Positions 56,323-64,000 of a stretch of 64,000 bases of DNA are shown here, one piece after another. A model generated the notes under the pieces. That model was not told where the DNA came from. It ran no database searches and saw nothing but the letters and a program-made list of their open reading frames with translations. The stretch covers positions 48,672-112,671 of the forward strand of contig JBBEAV010000015.1 of NCBI GenBank assembly GCA_040882655.1, written 5' to 3'. Within the stretch, counting starts at the first letter, position 1, and each line of letters opens with the position of its first letter. The position numbers and the translations under genes are program-made. This DNA comes from Acidimicrobiales bacterium (lineage in GTDB: Bacteria > Actinomycetota > Acidimicrobiia > Acidimicrobiales > Acidimicrobilacustridaceae).

Positions 56323-56925
56323 ATGGAAACCGCCGTTTTTGTTGTCTGCGCCCTCATCGTGCTTTCCGGAGGCCTCGGTGTGGTGTCCTCGCGCAACCCC
56401 GTGCACTCGGCGCTGAGCCTCATAGCGACTCTTTTCGGCATCGCCGTGCTCTTTCTCAACCTTGGCGCGGAACTGCTCGCTGTTGTTCAGGTCATCGTTT
56501 ATACGGGGGCCATCGTCGTTCTCATTCTTTTCGTCATGATGCTTCTAGGCGTTGATAGCGAAGAGGATCTCGATACCGAGCCGCTAGTGGGCCAGCGTCT
56601 TCTTGCCGGACTTGTTGGGTTGTTATTCCTGGGGGCGATTCTGGCGATCATCATCATCGGTCAGGACGCAATAGTTACGGGCTCTCAGTCGGTAACCAGT
56701 GCTCTCTCACCGACGGTTTCGAATATCACGCAGATCGGTACTGAACTGTTCACCACCTACGTGTTTTCCCTCGAAATTACTGCTGGCTTGCTCACCATCG
56801 CTGTTGTCGGAGCAGTTGCGTTATCGCGTCGACCTCGTGATGTTCAACCCATCCCCGAGCCAGCGTCCATGACTGAAATGGGCGACGAGCCACTCACCGC
56901 CATCCCCGAGGAAGGCGCGCACTGA
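56323..56925 (+). CDS. nuoJ: NADH-quinone oxidoreductase subunit J
   Basis: [31 protein letters not shown]. Confidence 0.95.
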   Translation: METAVFVVCALIVLSGGLGVVSSRNPVHSALSLIATLFGIAVLFLNLGAELLAVVQVIVYTGAIVVLILFVMMLLGVDSEEDLDTEPLVGQRLLAGLVGLLFLGAILAIIIIGQDAIVTGSQSVTSALSPTVSNITQIGTELFTTYVFSLEITAGLLTIAVVGAVALSRRPRDVQPIPEPASMTEMGDEPLTAIPEEGAH

Positions 56926-57233
56926 TGGATTCCAATCTTTCACTTGCGTATCTCATGCTCTCGGCAATCCTGTTTGTGATTGGTGGCGTCGGAGTGCTTA
57001 TCCGGCGTAATCCGCTGATCATGATCATGTGCGTTGAACTCATGCTTAACGCCGTCAACCTTTCATTTGTCACCTTCGGGAAGATGCTCAATGACATCTC
57101 CGGTCAGATCATCGTGTTTTTCGTCATGGTTGTTGCCGCTGCCGAAGTTGTTATCGGGCTCGCCCTCATCGTGGCAATGGCTCGACGTCGACCAGGTGCT
57201 ACGGCCGATGATCTTCGGACGCTGAGGGGATAG
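56925..57233 (+). CDS. nuoK: NADH-quinone oxidoreductase subunit K
   Basis: [22 protein letters not shown]. Confidence 0.96.
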   Translation: MDSNLSLAYLMLSAILFVIGGVGVLIRRNPLIMIMCVELMLNAVNLSFVTFGKMLNDISGQIIVFFVMVVAAAEVVIGLALIVAMARRRPGATADDLRTLRG

Positions 57234-57238
57234 GGGAC

Positions 57239-59266
57239 ATGGTCGGTCTTGTTTGGTTGATTCCTGCGCTGCCCCTCGCTGGGTTCTTGGTATTGGTGTT
57301 CTTTGGAAAGCGCATCGGTGAGCCTCGCGCTGGTTGGATTGGCACCGGGGCAGTTGCGTTGTCATTTGTGACTGCGTGCATTGTTTTCGTTGGGCTTTGG
57401 GGCGAACCTGATCACACCTATCAACTTTCGCTGTTCGAATGGATTCCCGCCGGAAGATTCAGCGTAGATATTGGTTTCCTGCTTGATCCGCTTTCAATGG
57501 CGATGGTTCTTTTTGTGACAGGGATCGCGTCGCTGATTCATCTCTACTCCACCGGTTACATGCATGGTGACAGTCGCTTTCCCCTCTTCTTTACCTATCT
57601 GAATCTCTTCGTCTTCTCGATGCTTGTTCTGGTGCTCGGAGATAATTTGGTTCTTACGTTCTTGGGGTGGGAGGGCGTTGGTGCTTGCTCCTACTTCCTC
57701 ATCGCTTTCTGGTTCGAAAAGGATGAGAACGCAAGTGCAGGCAAGAAAGCTTTCATTACCAACCGTGTCGGTGATTGGGGCTTCATGGTCGCAATCTTCA
57801 TGACCTTTTTTGCCTTTGGAACCGTGACGTATAGCGAATTCCTGCCGATGGCCCCAGGACTGGCCCAAACCACCGCGACATTTATCGCCTTCATGTTATT
57901 TGTTGGGGCAATTGGCAAGTCAGCGCAGATTCCGCTGTTCGTTTGGCTCCCTGATGCCATGGCTGGCCCCACACCGGTCTCGGCGCTTATCCATGCGGCC
58001 ACGATGGTCACTGCTGGCGTGTACTTGCTCGTGCGCGTGAACCCAATCATTGCTGCTTCCGCATCATGGATTCCATGGACGATCGCAATCGTTGGTTGCG
58101 CAACAGCGTTCCTAGCTGCCACCATCGCCTTGGCCCAACAGGACATTAAAAAGGTCCTTGCCTACTCAACAGTGAGCCAACTTGGCTATATGTTCCTGGC
58201 CGTAGGTGTTGGCGGCTATACCGCCGCTATCTTCCACATGATCACGCATGCATTCTTCAAGGCGTTGTTGTTCCTCGGCGCCGGCTCAGTTATTCACGGC
58301 ATGCACGATGAACAAGACATGCGGCGCATGGGAGCGCTGCGAAAGATCATGCCTGTCACTGCAGTGACATTTATTATCGGATGGCTCGCCATTGCGGGCG
58401 TCCCGCCGTTCTCAGGCTTTTGGTCAAAGGACGATATTCTCGCCTATGCGCTGAACAAGAGTCCGATCCTCTACGTAATTGGTCTCATCACCGCTCTACT
58501 TACGGCGTTTTATATGAGCCGCCTTGTCTTCCGAGTTTTTTACGGTGACGCACGTTGGGGCGAATCAGCAGAGGGCGAACTAGCCAATCTGAAAGCGCAT
58601 ACCGCAATGAACGCGGGCACTGGTGTTGACGCTGTCACGGGAACTGACACTGGAACTGGAACCGGCACTGACACTGATGTCTTGGTTGACACTCATGAAG
58701 ATGAGGGTACTGGCCTTAGTTCGGTGCACCCGCATGAGTCCAAGTGGCCAATGTTGGTGCCGCTCGTAGTGCTTGCCTTCTTCGCTGCTATCGCCGGTTT
58801 CCTCAACCTCCCGTTCACCGACCAACTCCAGTTTTTGAATCGTTGGCTCGAACCAGTAGTTGGCGAGAATGAGGCCCACTTCGAAATGGGGGGAGTAAAA
58901 CTCACCGTTGAACTACTTATTTCAACGGTGGTTGCCTTCTCTGGAATTTTTGCTGCCTACTTCGTCTACCTGAAGAAGAAGATTGACCCCCGCCGCATCG
59001 AGCTTCCATTTTTCGCCAATGGTTGGTACATCGACCAGAGCATCACTGCCTTCATGGGCGGAGTTGGTCGAAAGGGTTTTGAACTGATTGCCATGTTCGA
59101 CAAGGTGGTCATCGATGGTGCAGTGAATGGTGTCGGCCGAGCTACACGCGGCGGCGCCGCTCGGCTCCGGACCGTCGAAAACGGATACGTGCGTTGGTAT
59201 GCGCTGATGATCGGCGTTGGTGCGGTTTTGATGGTCGCCTTCGTGCTGACGCAGGTGAGCTTCTGA
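57239..59266 (+). CDS. nuoL: NADH-quinone oxidoreductase subunit L
   Basis: GWEGVG, KAFITNRVGD, GKSAQIPL..WLPDAMAGPTPVSALIHAATMV, HAFFKALLF. Confidence 0.97.
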   Translation: MVGLVWLIPALPLAGFLVLVFFGKRIGEPRAGWIGTGAVALSFVTACIVFVGLWGEPDHTYQLSLFEWIPAGRFSVDIGFLLDPLSMAMVLFVTGIASLIHLYSTGYMHGDSRFPLFFTYLNLFVFSMLVLVLGDNLVLTFLGWEGVGACSYFLIAFWFEKDENASAGKKAFITNRVGDWGFMVAIFMTFFAFGTVTYSEFLPMAPGLAQTTATFIAFMLFVGAIGKSAQIPLFVWLPDAMAGPTPVSALIHAATMVTAGVYLLVRVNPIIAASASWIPWTIAIVGCATAFLAATIALAQQDIKKVLAYSTVSQLGYMFLAVGVGGYTAAIFHMITHAFFKALLFLGAGSVIHGMHDEQDMRRMGALRKIMPVTAVTFIIGWLAIAGVPPFSGFWSKDDILAYALNKSPILYVIGLITALLTAFYMSRLVFRVFYGDARWGESAEGELANLKAHTAMNAGTGVDAVTGTDTGTGTGTDTDVLVDTHEDEGTGLSSVHPHESKWPMLVPLVVLAFFAAIAGFLNLPFTDQLQFLNRWLEPVVGENEAHFEMGGVKLTVELLISTVVAFSGIFAAYFVYLKKKIDPRRIELPFFANGWYIDQSITAFMGGVGRKGFELIAMFDKVVIDGAVNGVGRATRGGAARLRTVENGYVRWYALMIGVGAVLMVAFVLTQVSF

Positions 59267-60918
59267 TGAGCGTTTCAATTCTTTCCTCGGTTTTGGCTGC
59301 TGCAGGTTCGCCATCGTTTCCAATACTCGCATCACTGGTTTTTGTACCGCTGGTCGGAGCGATCCTCATCGCACTCATGCCAAAGTCACGGCCCGAGCTT
59401 TCGCGTCAAATGGCCATCATCACGGCATTGCTCACCGGAGTATTGAGTATTGCTCTACTGGTGCAGTTCAAGACCGGTGAGGCTGGGTTCCAGTTTGTTG
59501 TTCAACAGACGTGGGTGGAGTCGCTCGATATCAAATTCTTCCTCGGCGTCGACGGCATTTCCTTATTCCTCGTTGTCCTTACCGGCATTTTGTTCCCGAT
59601 AGCGCTCTTCGCAGCGAAGCCGGACCACAGCCCAAAGGGGTACTACGCCTGGCTCACGCTTTTGATGGCCGGTTGCATGGGTGCTTTCTTGGCCCTTGAT
59701 CTCTTCCTTTTCTTCCTCATGTTTGAGATCACCTTGGTGCCGCTCTACATGCTCATTGGTAAATGGGGTCATGGCCGGCGCATTTATGCTGCCACCAAGT
59801 TTTTCCTCTACACAATGCTTGGCTCGGCTTTCATGTTGGTCTCGATCGTCACGCTTGCTGTGCTTGCTGGCGCCGGCGACAACGGTGGAGTCTCATTCGA
59901 CTTCACAAAGATCATCGCCACCGACAACTTGGCTACTACTACTGGTCGTTGGTTATTCCTCGGGATGGCTATCGCTTTTGCGGTCAAGGTTCCGTCATTT
60001 CCATTCCATACATGGTTGCCCGATGCTCATACCGAAGCACCGACCGCAGGCTCAATTGATCTCGCCGGAATCTTGCTCAAACTCGGAACTTACGGTTTTC
60101 TTCGTTATGGGCTTGAACTTTTCCCTGAAGCAACGGTGTGGTTTGCGCCGGTGATGCTGACGCTGGCCACGATTGGTGTGGTCTATGGCGGCATCGTTGC
60201 TGCGATGCAACGAAATCTCAAACGTCTCGTTGCCTATTCATCGGTTGCTCACATGGGCTTTGCTCTGATGGGAATCTTCGCATTGAACGTTGAAGGTATT
60301 GAGGGCTCGGTGATGCAAATGGTGAACCATGGCATCACCACCGGTGCACTATTTATTCTTCTCGGCTTTCTTTACAGCCGCCGCCATACCTACGAGATTT
60401 CTGAACTCAAAGGCATCGCCAAAGTAGCCCCGGTATTCGCAGGTGTTTTCACTCTGGTGATGCTCGCTTCAATAGGCGTACCGGGCCTCAACGGTTTCGT
60501 TGGCGAGTTCCTTGTTCTTCTCGGTACGTTCGCCTCGAATCGCTGGTGGGCAGTCGTAGCCACCACCGGTGTGATCATCGCCGCGCTTTATTTGCTTTGG
60601 GCCTATCAGCGTGTGTTCCAGGGCGAGCCTGACGAGGCAAATAAATCATTCCCAGATTTGAAAATTTCTGAAAAACTCGTGATGCTTCCTCTTGTCGGCC
60701 TTATTATTTTCTTGGGCGTCTACCCCAAGCCAGTCCTCGATCGAATCGAGCCCTCAGTGAAGCGAGTGGTCACTCGTCTCGAGGTGAAGGTTGAAGGATT
60801 CCGTGAGCCCGTCACCCGTGATGGGGCCGATCTCCTTTTTAAAGCAGGATCCTCGCATGGGCTGAATGAGGAACACTCTCTTCGTAGTAACCCGAACGGA
60901 ACGGGGGCGAACCAGTGA
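59266..60918 (+). CDS. nuoM: NADH-quinone oxidoreductase subunit M
   Basis: GVDGISL, KFFLYT, HTWLPDAHTEAPT, LLKLG, KRLVAYSSVAHMG, GFVGEF. Confidence 0.96.
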   Translation: MSVSILSSVLAAAGSPSFPILASLVFVPLVGAILIALMPKSRPELSRQMAIITALLTGVLSIALLVQFKTGEAGFQFVVQQTWVESLDIKFFLGVDGISLFLVVLTGILFPIALFAAKPDHSPKGYYAWLTLLMAGCMGAFLALDLFLFFLMFEITLVPLYMLIGKWGHGRRIYAATKFFLYTMLGSAFMLVSIVTLAVLAGAGDNGGVSFDFTKIIATDNLATTTGRWLFLGMAIAFAVKVPSFPFHTWLPDAHTEAPTAGSIDLAGILLKLGTYGFLRYGLELFPEATVWFAPVMLTLATIGVVYGGIVAAMQRNLKRLVAYSSVAHMGFALMGIFALNVEGIEGSVMQMVNHGITTGALFILLGFLYSRRHTYEISELKGIAKVAPVFAGVFTLVMLASIGVPGLNGFVGEFLVLLGTFASNRWWAVVATTGVIIAALYLLWAYQRVFQGEPDEANKSFPDLKISEKLVMLPLVGLIIFLGVYPKPVLDRIEPSVKRVVTRLEVKVEGFREPVTRDGADLLFKAGSSHGLNEEHSLRSNPNGTGANQ

Positions 60919-62633
60919 TTGCCACTCTTTTTGCTCAGGTTGACTCGCCGTTGCTCCGCGACGGCACCGCTGGCGGAACCTCAGAACTATTAGCCGACGG
61001 AATCGTGAAAGTGACAGGTCCGTCCGTTGATTGGCTTGCGCTGTTGCCGCTTCTTTTTTTGCTAGTCGGAGCGTTGCTGACACTCACGTTTTCTTCACTC
61101 TTGAGAAGTCGCGTACCCAAGAGCCTCTTCACGTACACCACTGTTGCGATCGCTATCGCTGCAGCGATCAGTGCCGTCCCCATGTGGGCTCGGGTGCAAG
61201 GGTGGGACACCTTGCTTTGGTGGACCATCGACCACCCCCAGACCGGACCATTCAGCACCGTCGGCGGAGCAGTCGGAATCGACGGCTTCTCATTGTTCAT
61301 CACGATGGTGTTGTGCATAGGCGTCGTACTGACGGCGCTTTTGGCCGATAACTTTTTGCGACGAGAGTCCATGACGGGTCCCGAGTTTTATGTCCTGTTG
61401 CTGCTCTCAGCAGTCGGTGGCGTCATCATGGCGATGTCGAATGATCTCATCGTGTTGTTCATAGGTCTTGAGACGTTGTCTATAGCGGTCTACGTGCTGG
61501 CAGGCATGAACTTGCGCCGGGTGCAATCCCAAGAGTCGGGTCTCAAGTATTTCGTCCTCGGTGCTTTCTCATCGGCGTTTCTTCTTTATGGCATAGCAAT
61601 GCTTTACGGCGCCACTGGTTCAACGAATTTTTCTGACATCCGTGATTTCATGGCGGCAGTCGTTCCAATTCATAACGGCCTCCTCTTGCTCGGCTTAGTG
61701 CTCGTCCTTGTTGGTCTGGCGTTTAAAATTTCAGCTGTTCCTTTTCATGCATGGAGCCCAGACGTCTACGACGGTGCCCCGACTCCGTCAACGGCGTGGA
61801 TGGCTGCTGGAGTCAAGGTCGCTGCAGTCGCCGGATTGGTTCGTGTCTTCATGTTGACCTTTTCGAACTACGGATCAACCTGGAAGCCAATCGTTTACGT
61901 CTTGGCCATTCTTTCGATGGTGATCGGCGCATCGCTGGCAATCGTGCAGAGCAACGTAAAACGAATGCTGGCCTACTCTTCCATCAGCCACGCTGGTTTC
62001 ATTCTGATGGCGGTTCAGTCAAATTCCAGCGACGGAATAACGGCCGCAGCGTTCTACGTTGCGGTGTACACATTCATGGTTGCCGGTTCCTTCGGTGTGG
62101 CCACGATCGTCGGTCGTAAAGGCGATGGACACCACGAACTTGCTGACTACAAGGGCCTCGTGCGCTCCAACCCGTGGTTGGCTGGCTCTTTCATTCTGCT
62201 GTTGCTCGCCCAGGCTGGAGTTCCCTTTACTGCGGGTTTCTTCGCCAAGTTTCTCGCAATCACCGCAGCTGCTGATGCTCATGCTGTTCCACTGGCAATT
62301 ATTGCCATGGTGTCAGCGGTCATTTCCGCCTTCTTGTACCTCCGAATCATTGTCGCCATGTTCATGTCGGACGACGAAGCAGGGGCTGGCGCGCCAATTG
62401 ACCGATCGCAGCGTCTCCGAGTCCCCTTTGGAGCTGGTCTTGCCATTGGGATCTGCGTTTTCGTTACCGTGGGATATGGATTGCTCCCCGATCTCCTTCT
62501 TCAGCCTGCGCGTGAGGCAACCCCTGCGGTGGTGCAGTACGAGCGTCCCAATGACGCGCTCAGTGCCGGTAGCGGCCTTTCCGTGGGTCCCACTTCGGGT
62601 TCCGGTGCTGGGTCCACCACCGCTGGTGGCTGA
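60915..62633 (+). CDS. nuoN: NADH-quinone oxidoreductase subunit N
   Basis: ESGLKYF, FKISAVPFHAWSPDVYDGAPT, KRMLAYSSISHAG, GFFAK. Confidence 0.96.
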   Translation: MIATLFAQVDSPLLRDGTAGGTSELLADGIVKVTGPSVDWLALLPLLFLLVGALLTLTFSSLLRSRVPKSLFTYTTVAIAIAAAISAVPMWARVQGWDTLLWWTIDHPQTGPFSTVGGAVGIDGFSLFITMVLCIGVVLTALLADNFLRRESMTGPEFYVLLLLSAVGGVIMAMSNDLIVLFIGLETLSIAVYVLAGMNLRRVQSQESGLKYFVLGAFSSAFLLYGIAMLYGATGSTNFSDIRDFMAAVVPIHNGLLLLGLVLVLVGLAFKISAVPFHAWSPDVYDGAPTPSTAWMAAGVKVAAVAGLVRVFMLTFSNYGSTWKPIVYVLAILSMVIGASLAIVQSNVKRMLAYSSISHAGFILMAVQSNSSDGITAAAFYVAVYTFMVAGSFGVATIVGRKGDGHHELADYKGLVRSNPWLAGSFILLLLAQAGVPFTAGFFAKFLAITAAADAHAVPLAIIAMVSAVISAFLYLRIIVAMFMSDDEAGAGAPIDRSQRLRVPFGAGLAIGICVFVTVGYGLLPDLLLQPAREATPAVVQYERPNDALSAGSGLSVGPTSGSGAGSTTAGG

Positions 62634-62710
62634 TCCCTCAAGATTGCATCGCTCTCTCTCCCCACAAGGATTTCATGCCGTGTTCGGCCCTTCTGTAGAG
62701 TCCCGGAACA

Positions 62711-63085
62711 ATGGTTGAGTACTCCGATTTCGTCCGGCAATATCTCACCGTTGCGATTTTCGCGGGCGTGGGTCTTGGCCTCGGCGCTGGACTGCTCGCT
62801 ATCGGCAAGGTTTTCCGCCCGGTTCGCCCGCAAGAGCAGAAGTACTTGGTTTACGAATCTGGCGTCGATCCTGTTGGTTCGGGCTGGTCTCAGAGCCAGA
62901 TCCGCTATTACATCTACGCGCTGCTCTTCGTAATGTTCGACGTTGAGGCGGTCTTCATCTTCCCATGGGCGACGCGTCTTGAGGCTTACGGGCTCTTCGG
63001 CCTCATTGAGATGCTTATTTTTGTAGCAATTTTGGCGTTGGGTCTTCTCTACGCCTGGAGAAAGAAGGTGCTCCAATGGGCTTAG
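62711..63085 (+). CDS. nuoA: Second, divergent complex I subunit A
   Basis: [32 protein letters not shown]. Confidence 0.93.
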   Translation: MVEYSDFVRQYLTVAIFAGVGLGLGAGLLAIGKVFRPVRPQEQKYLVYESGVDPVGSGWSQSQIRYYIYALLFVMFDVEAVFIFPWATRLEAYGLFGLIEMLIFVAILALGLLYAWRKKVLQWA

Positions 63086-63576
63086 TCGAAAGCGGCAAAC
63101 TGCCGAAGCCGCTTGCCAAGTTGCTGAATATCTCTCGGAAGTATTCCATCTGGGCGTACCAGTGGGGCCTTGCCTGTTGCGCCATTGAAATGGGCGCGGC
63201 GTTTGCATCGCCTCGCTATGACGTCATGCGCCTGGGAGTTATTCCGTTTCCTGCGAGTCCTCGCCAGGCCGACCTCGTTGTGATTGCCGGCACGGTTACC
63301 GACAAACTCGCTCCGGCAGTGGTTCGACTTTATGAGCAAATGCCCGATCCGAAATACGTCATCTCTATGGGTTCCTGTGCCAACTGTGGCGGTCCGTACT
63401 GGGATAGTTATTCCGTCACCAAGGGTGTCGACCAGTTAATTCCCGTCGATGTGTATGTGCCCGGTTGCCCCCCTCGTCCCGAAGCCTTGCTCGAAGGAAT
63501 CATTCTTCTGCAGGAACGTATTGCGCACGAGGACATGGCCGAGCGTTGGAAGGGTGAACCAATTGTCGTCAGCTGA
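63076..63576 (+). CDS. nuoB: Second, divergent complex I subunit B
   Basis: [49 protein letters not shown]. Confidence 0.95.
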   Translation: MGLVESGKLPKPLAKLLNISRKYSIWAYQWGLACCAIEMGAAFASPRYDVMRLGVIPFPASPRQADLVVIAGTVTDKLAPAVVRLYEQMPDPKYVISMGSCANCGGPYWDSYSVTKGVDQLIPVDVYVPGCPPRPEALLEGIILLQERIAHEDMAERWKGEPIVVS

Positions 63577-64000
63577 CACTGAAACGCCTGCAGAGGCAGC
63601 ACCCGTAACCGATGAGGTGCGCGAGGCAGTTCTGGCCGAGTTCACGTCGCTCTTAGGCGATGGTGTTGTCGGTTCACATATCCGACCCGGCGACGACCTC
63701 TGGATCCGTGTAGATCGTTCCCACTGGCTTGAAACTGCCAACATTGCGAAAGCAATGGAGTACCGCTTCTTCGATTTCCTTTCGGCGATTGACTGGCTTC
63801 CTTCGCCATTCGGTCGCGATATGGATTCACAAGAGGATCGCATTGTGTCAGGCGCCCAGCCAAAAGCACCCGAAGTAATGGTGCAGGGATACGCCGGGGG
63901 CGAAACCCGCTTCCAACTTCTGGCCCGGCTGTACTCAATCAGCGCCGGTATGGGGATCACGTTCAAATGTGATTTGCCCGACGGGGATCTCTCGGCCCCC
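63563..64000 (+). CDS. nuoC: Second complex I subunit C, truncated at window end
   Basis: Not in the ORF track. Manual translation from TTG 63563: ...[10 protein letters not shown]...[12 protein letters not shown]...[12 protein letters not shown]..., open to the edge and following nuoAB. Confidence 0.8.
   Translation, partial: MSSADTETPAEAAPVTDEVREAVLAEFTSLLGDGVVGSHIRPGDDLWIRVDRSHWLETANIAKAMEYRFFDFLSAIDWLPSPFGRDMDSQEDRIVSGAQPKAPEVMVQGYAGGETRFQLLARLYSISAGMGITFKCDLPDGDLSAP

Noticed and set aside
62711-64000. Second nuoABC as an assembly duplication
   Set aside because: The proteins differ extensively from the first nuoABC, so they are old paralogues.
1-64000. tRNA, rRNA, IS elements, prophage, defence systems
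   Set aside because: No such motifs were recognised, and intergenic spaces are short and otherwise explained. A covariance-model scan was not possible.

Overview
A gene-dense chromosomal window of core and metabolic genes. It most likely comes from an actinobacterium of the Acidimicrobiia; this is an inference from WhiB, a PPOX-class F420 protein, HelD, an IdeR/DtxR repressor, hemE-hemH-hemY, frequent leaderless starts and a non-QcrCAB Rieske/cyt b complex. I saw no rRNA, tRNA, CRISPR array or mobile element. From left to right it carries: an MFS transporter and four SDRs; a possible glycolipid module (flippase-like protein, PIG-L deacetylase, PIG-A-like GT4, AUR1/PAP2-like enzyme); tesB and a GH1; a four-gene set resembling the mycobacterial methylmannose-polysaccharide cluster; an Lnt with Ser in place of the catalytic Cys; a Zur-box Zn ABC lacking its ATPase; haem genes; helD; a photolyase; and whiB. 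The last 23 kb is the highlight: an apparent superoperon behind a Rex-type operator. It joins an unknown membrane protein, a 2x[4Fe-4S] ferredoxin, a split heme-ci-type cytochrome b with APWY instead of PEWY, a Rieske protein, a dihaem cytochrome c and a second unknown membrane protein directly to a full nuoA-N. A second, divergent nuoABC follows. A short, apparently unnamed motif ([IV]P[EA]HLxxR[SA]) occurs three times in two of these respiratory proteins. Several proteins look like pseudo-enzymes that have lost catalytic residues. All calls come from motif recognition without database searches, and start codons were adjusted by eye.
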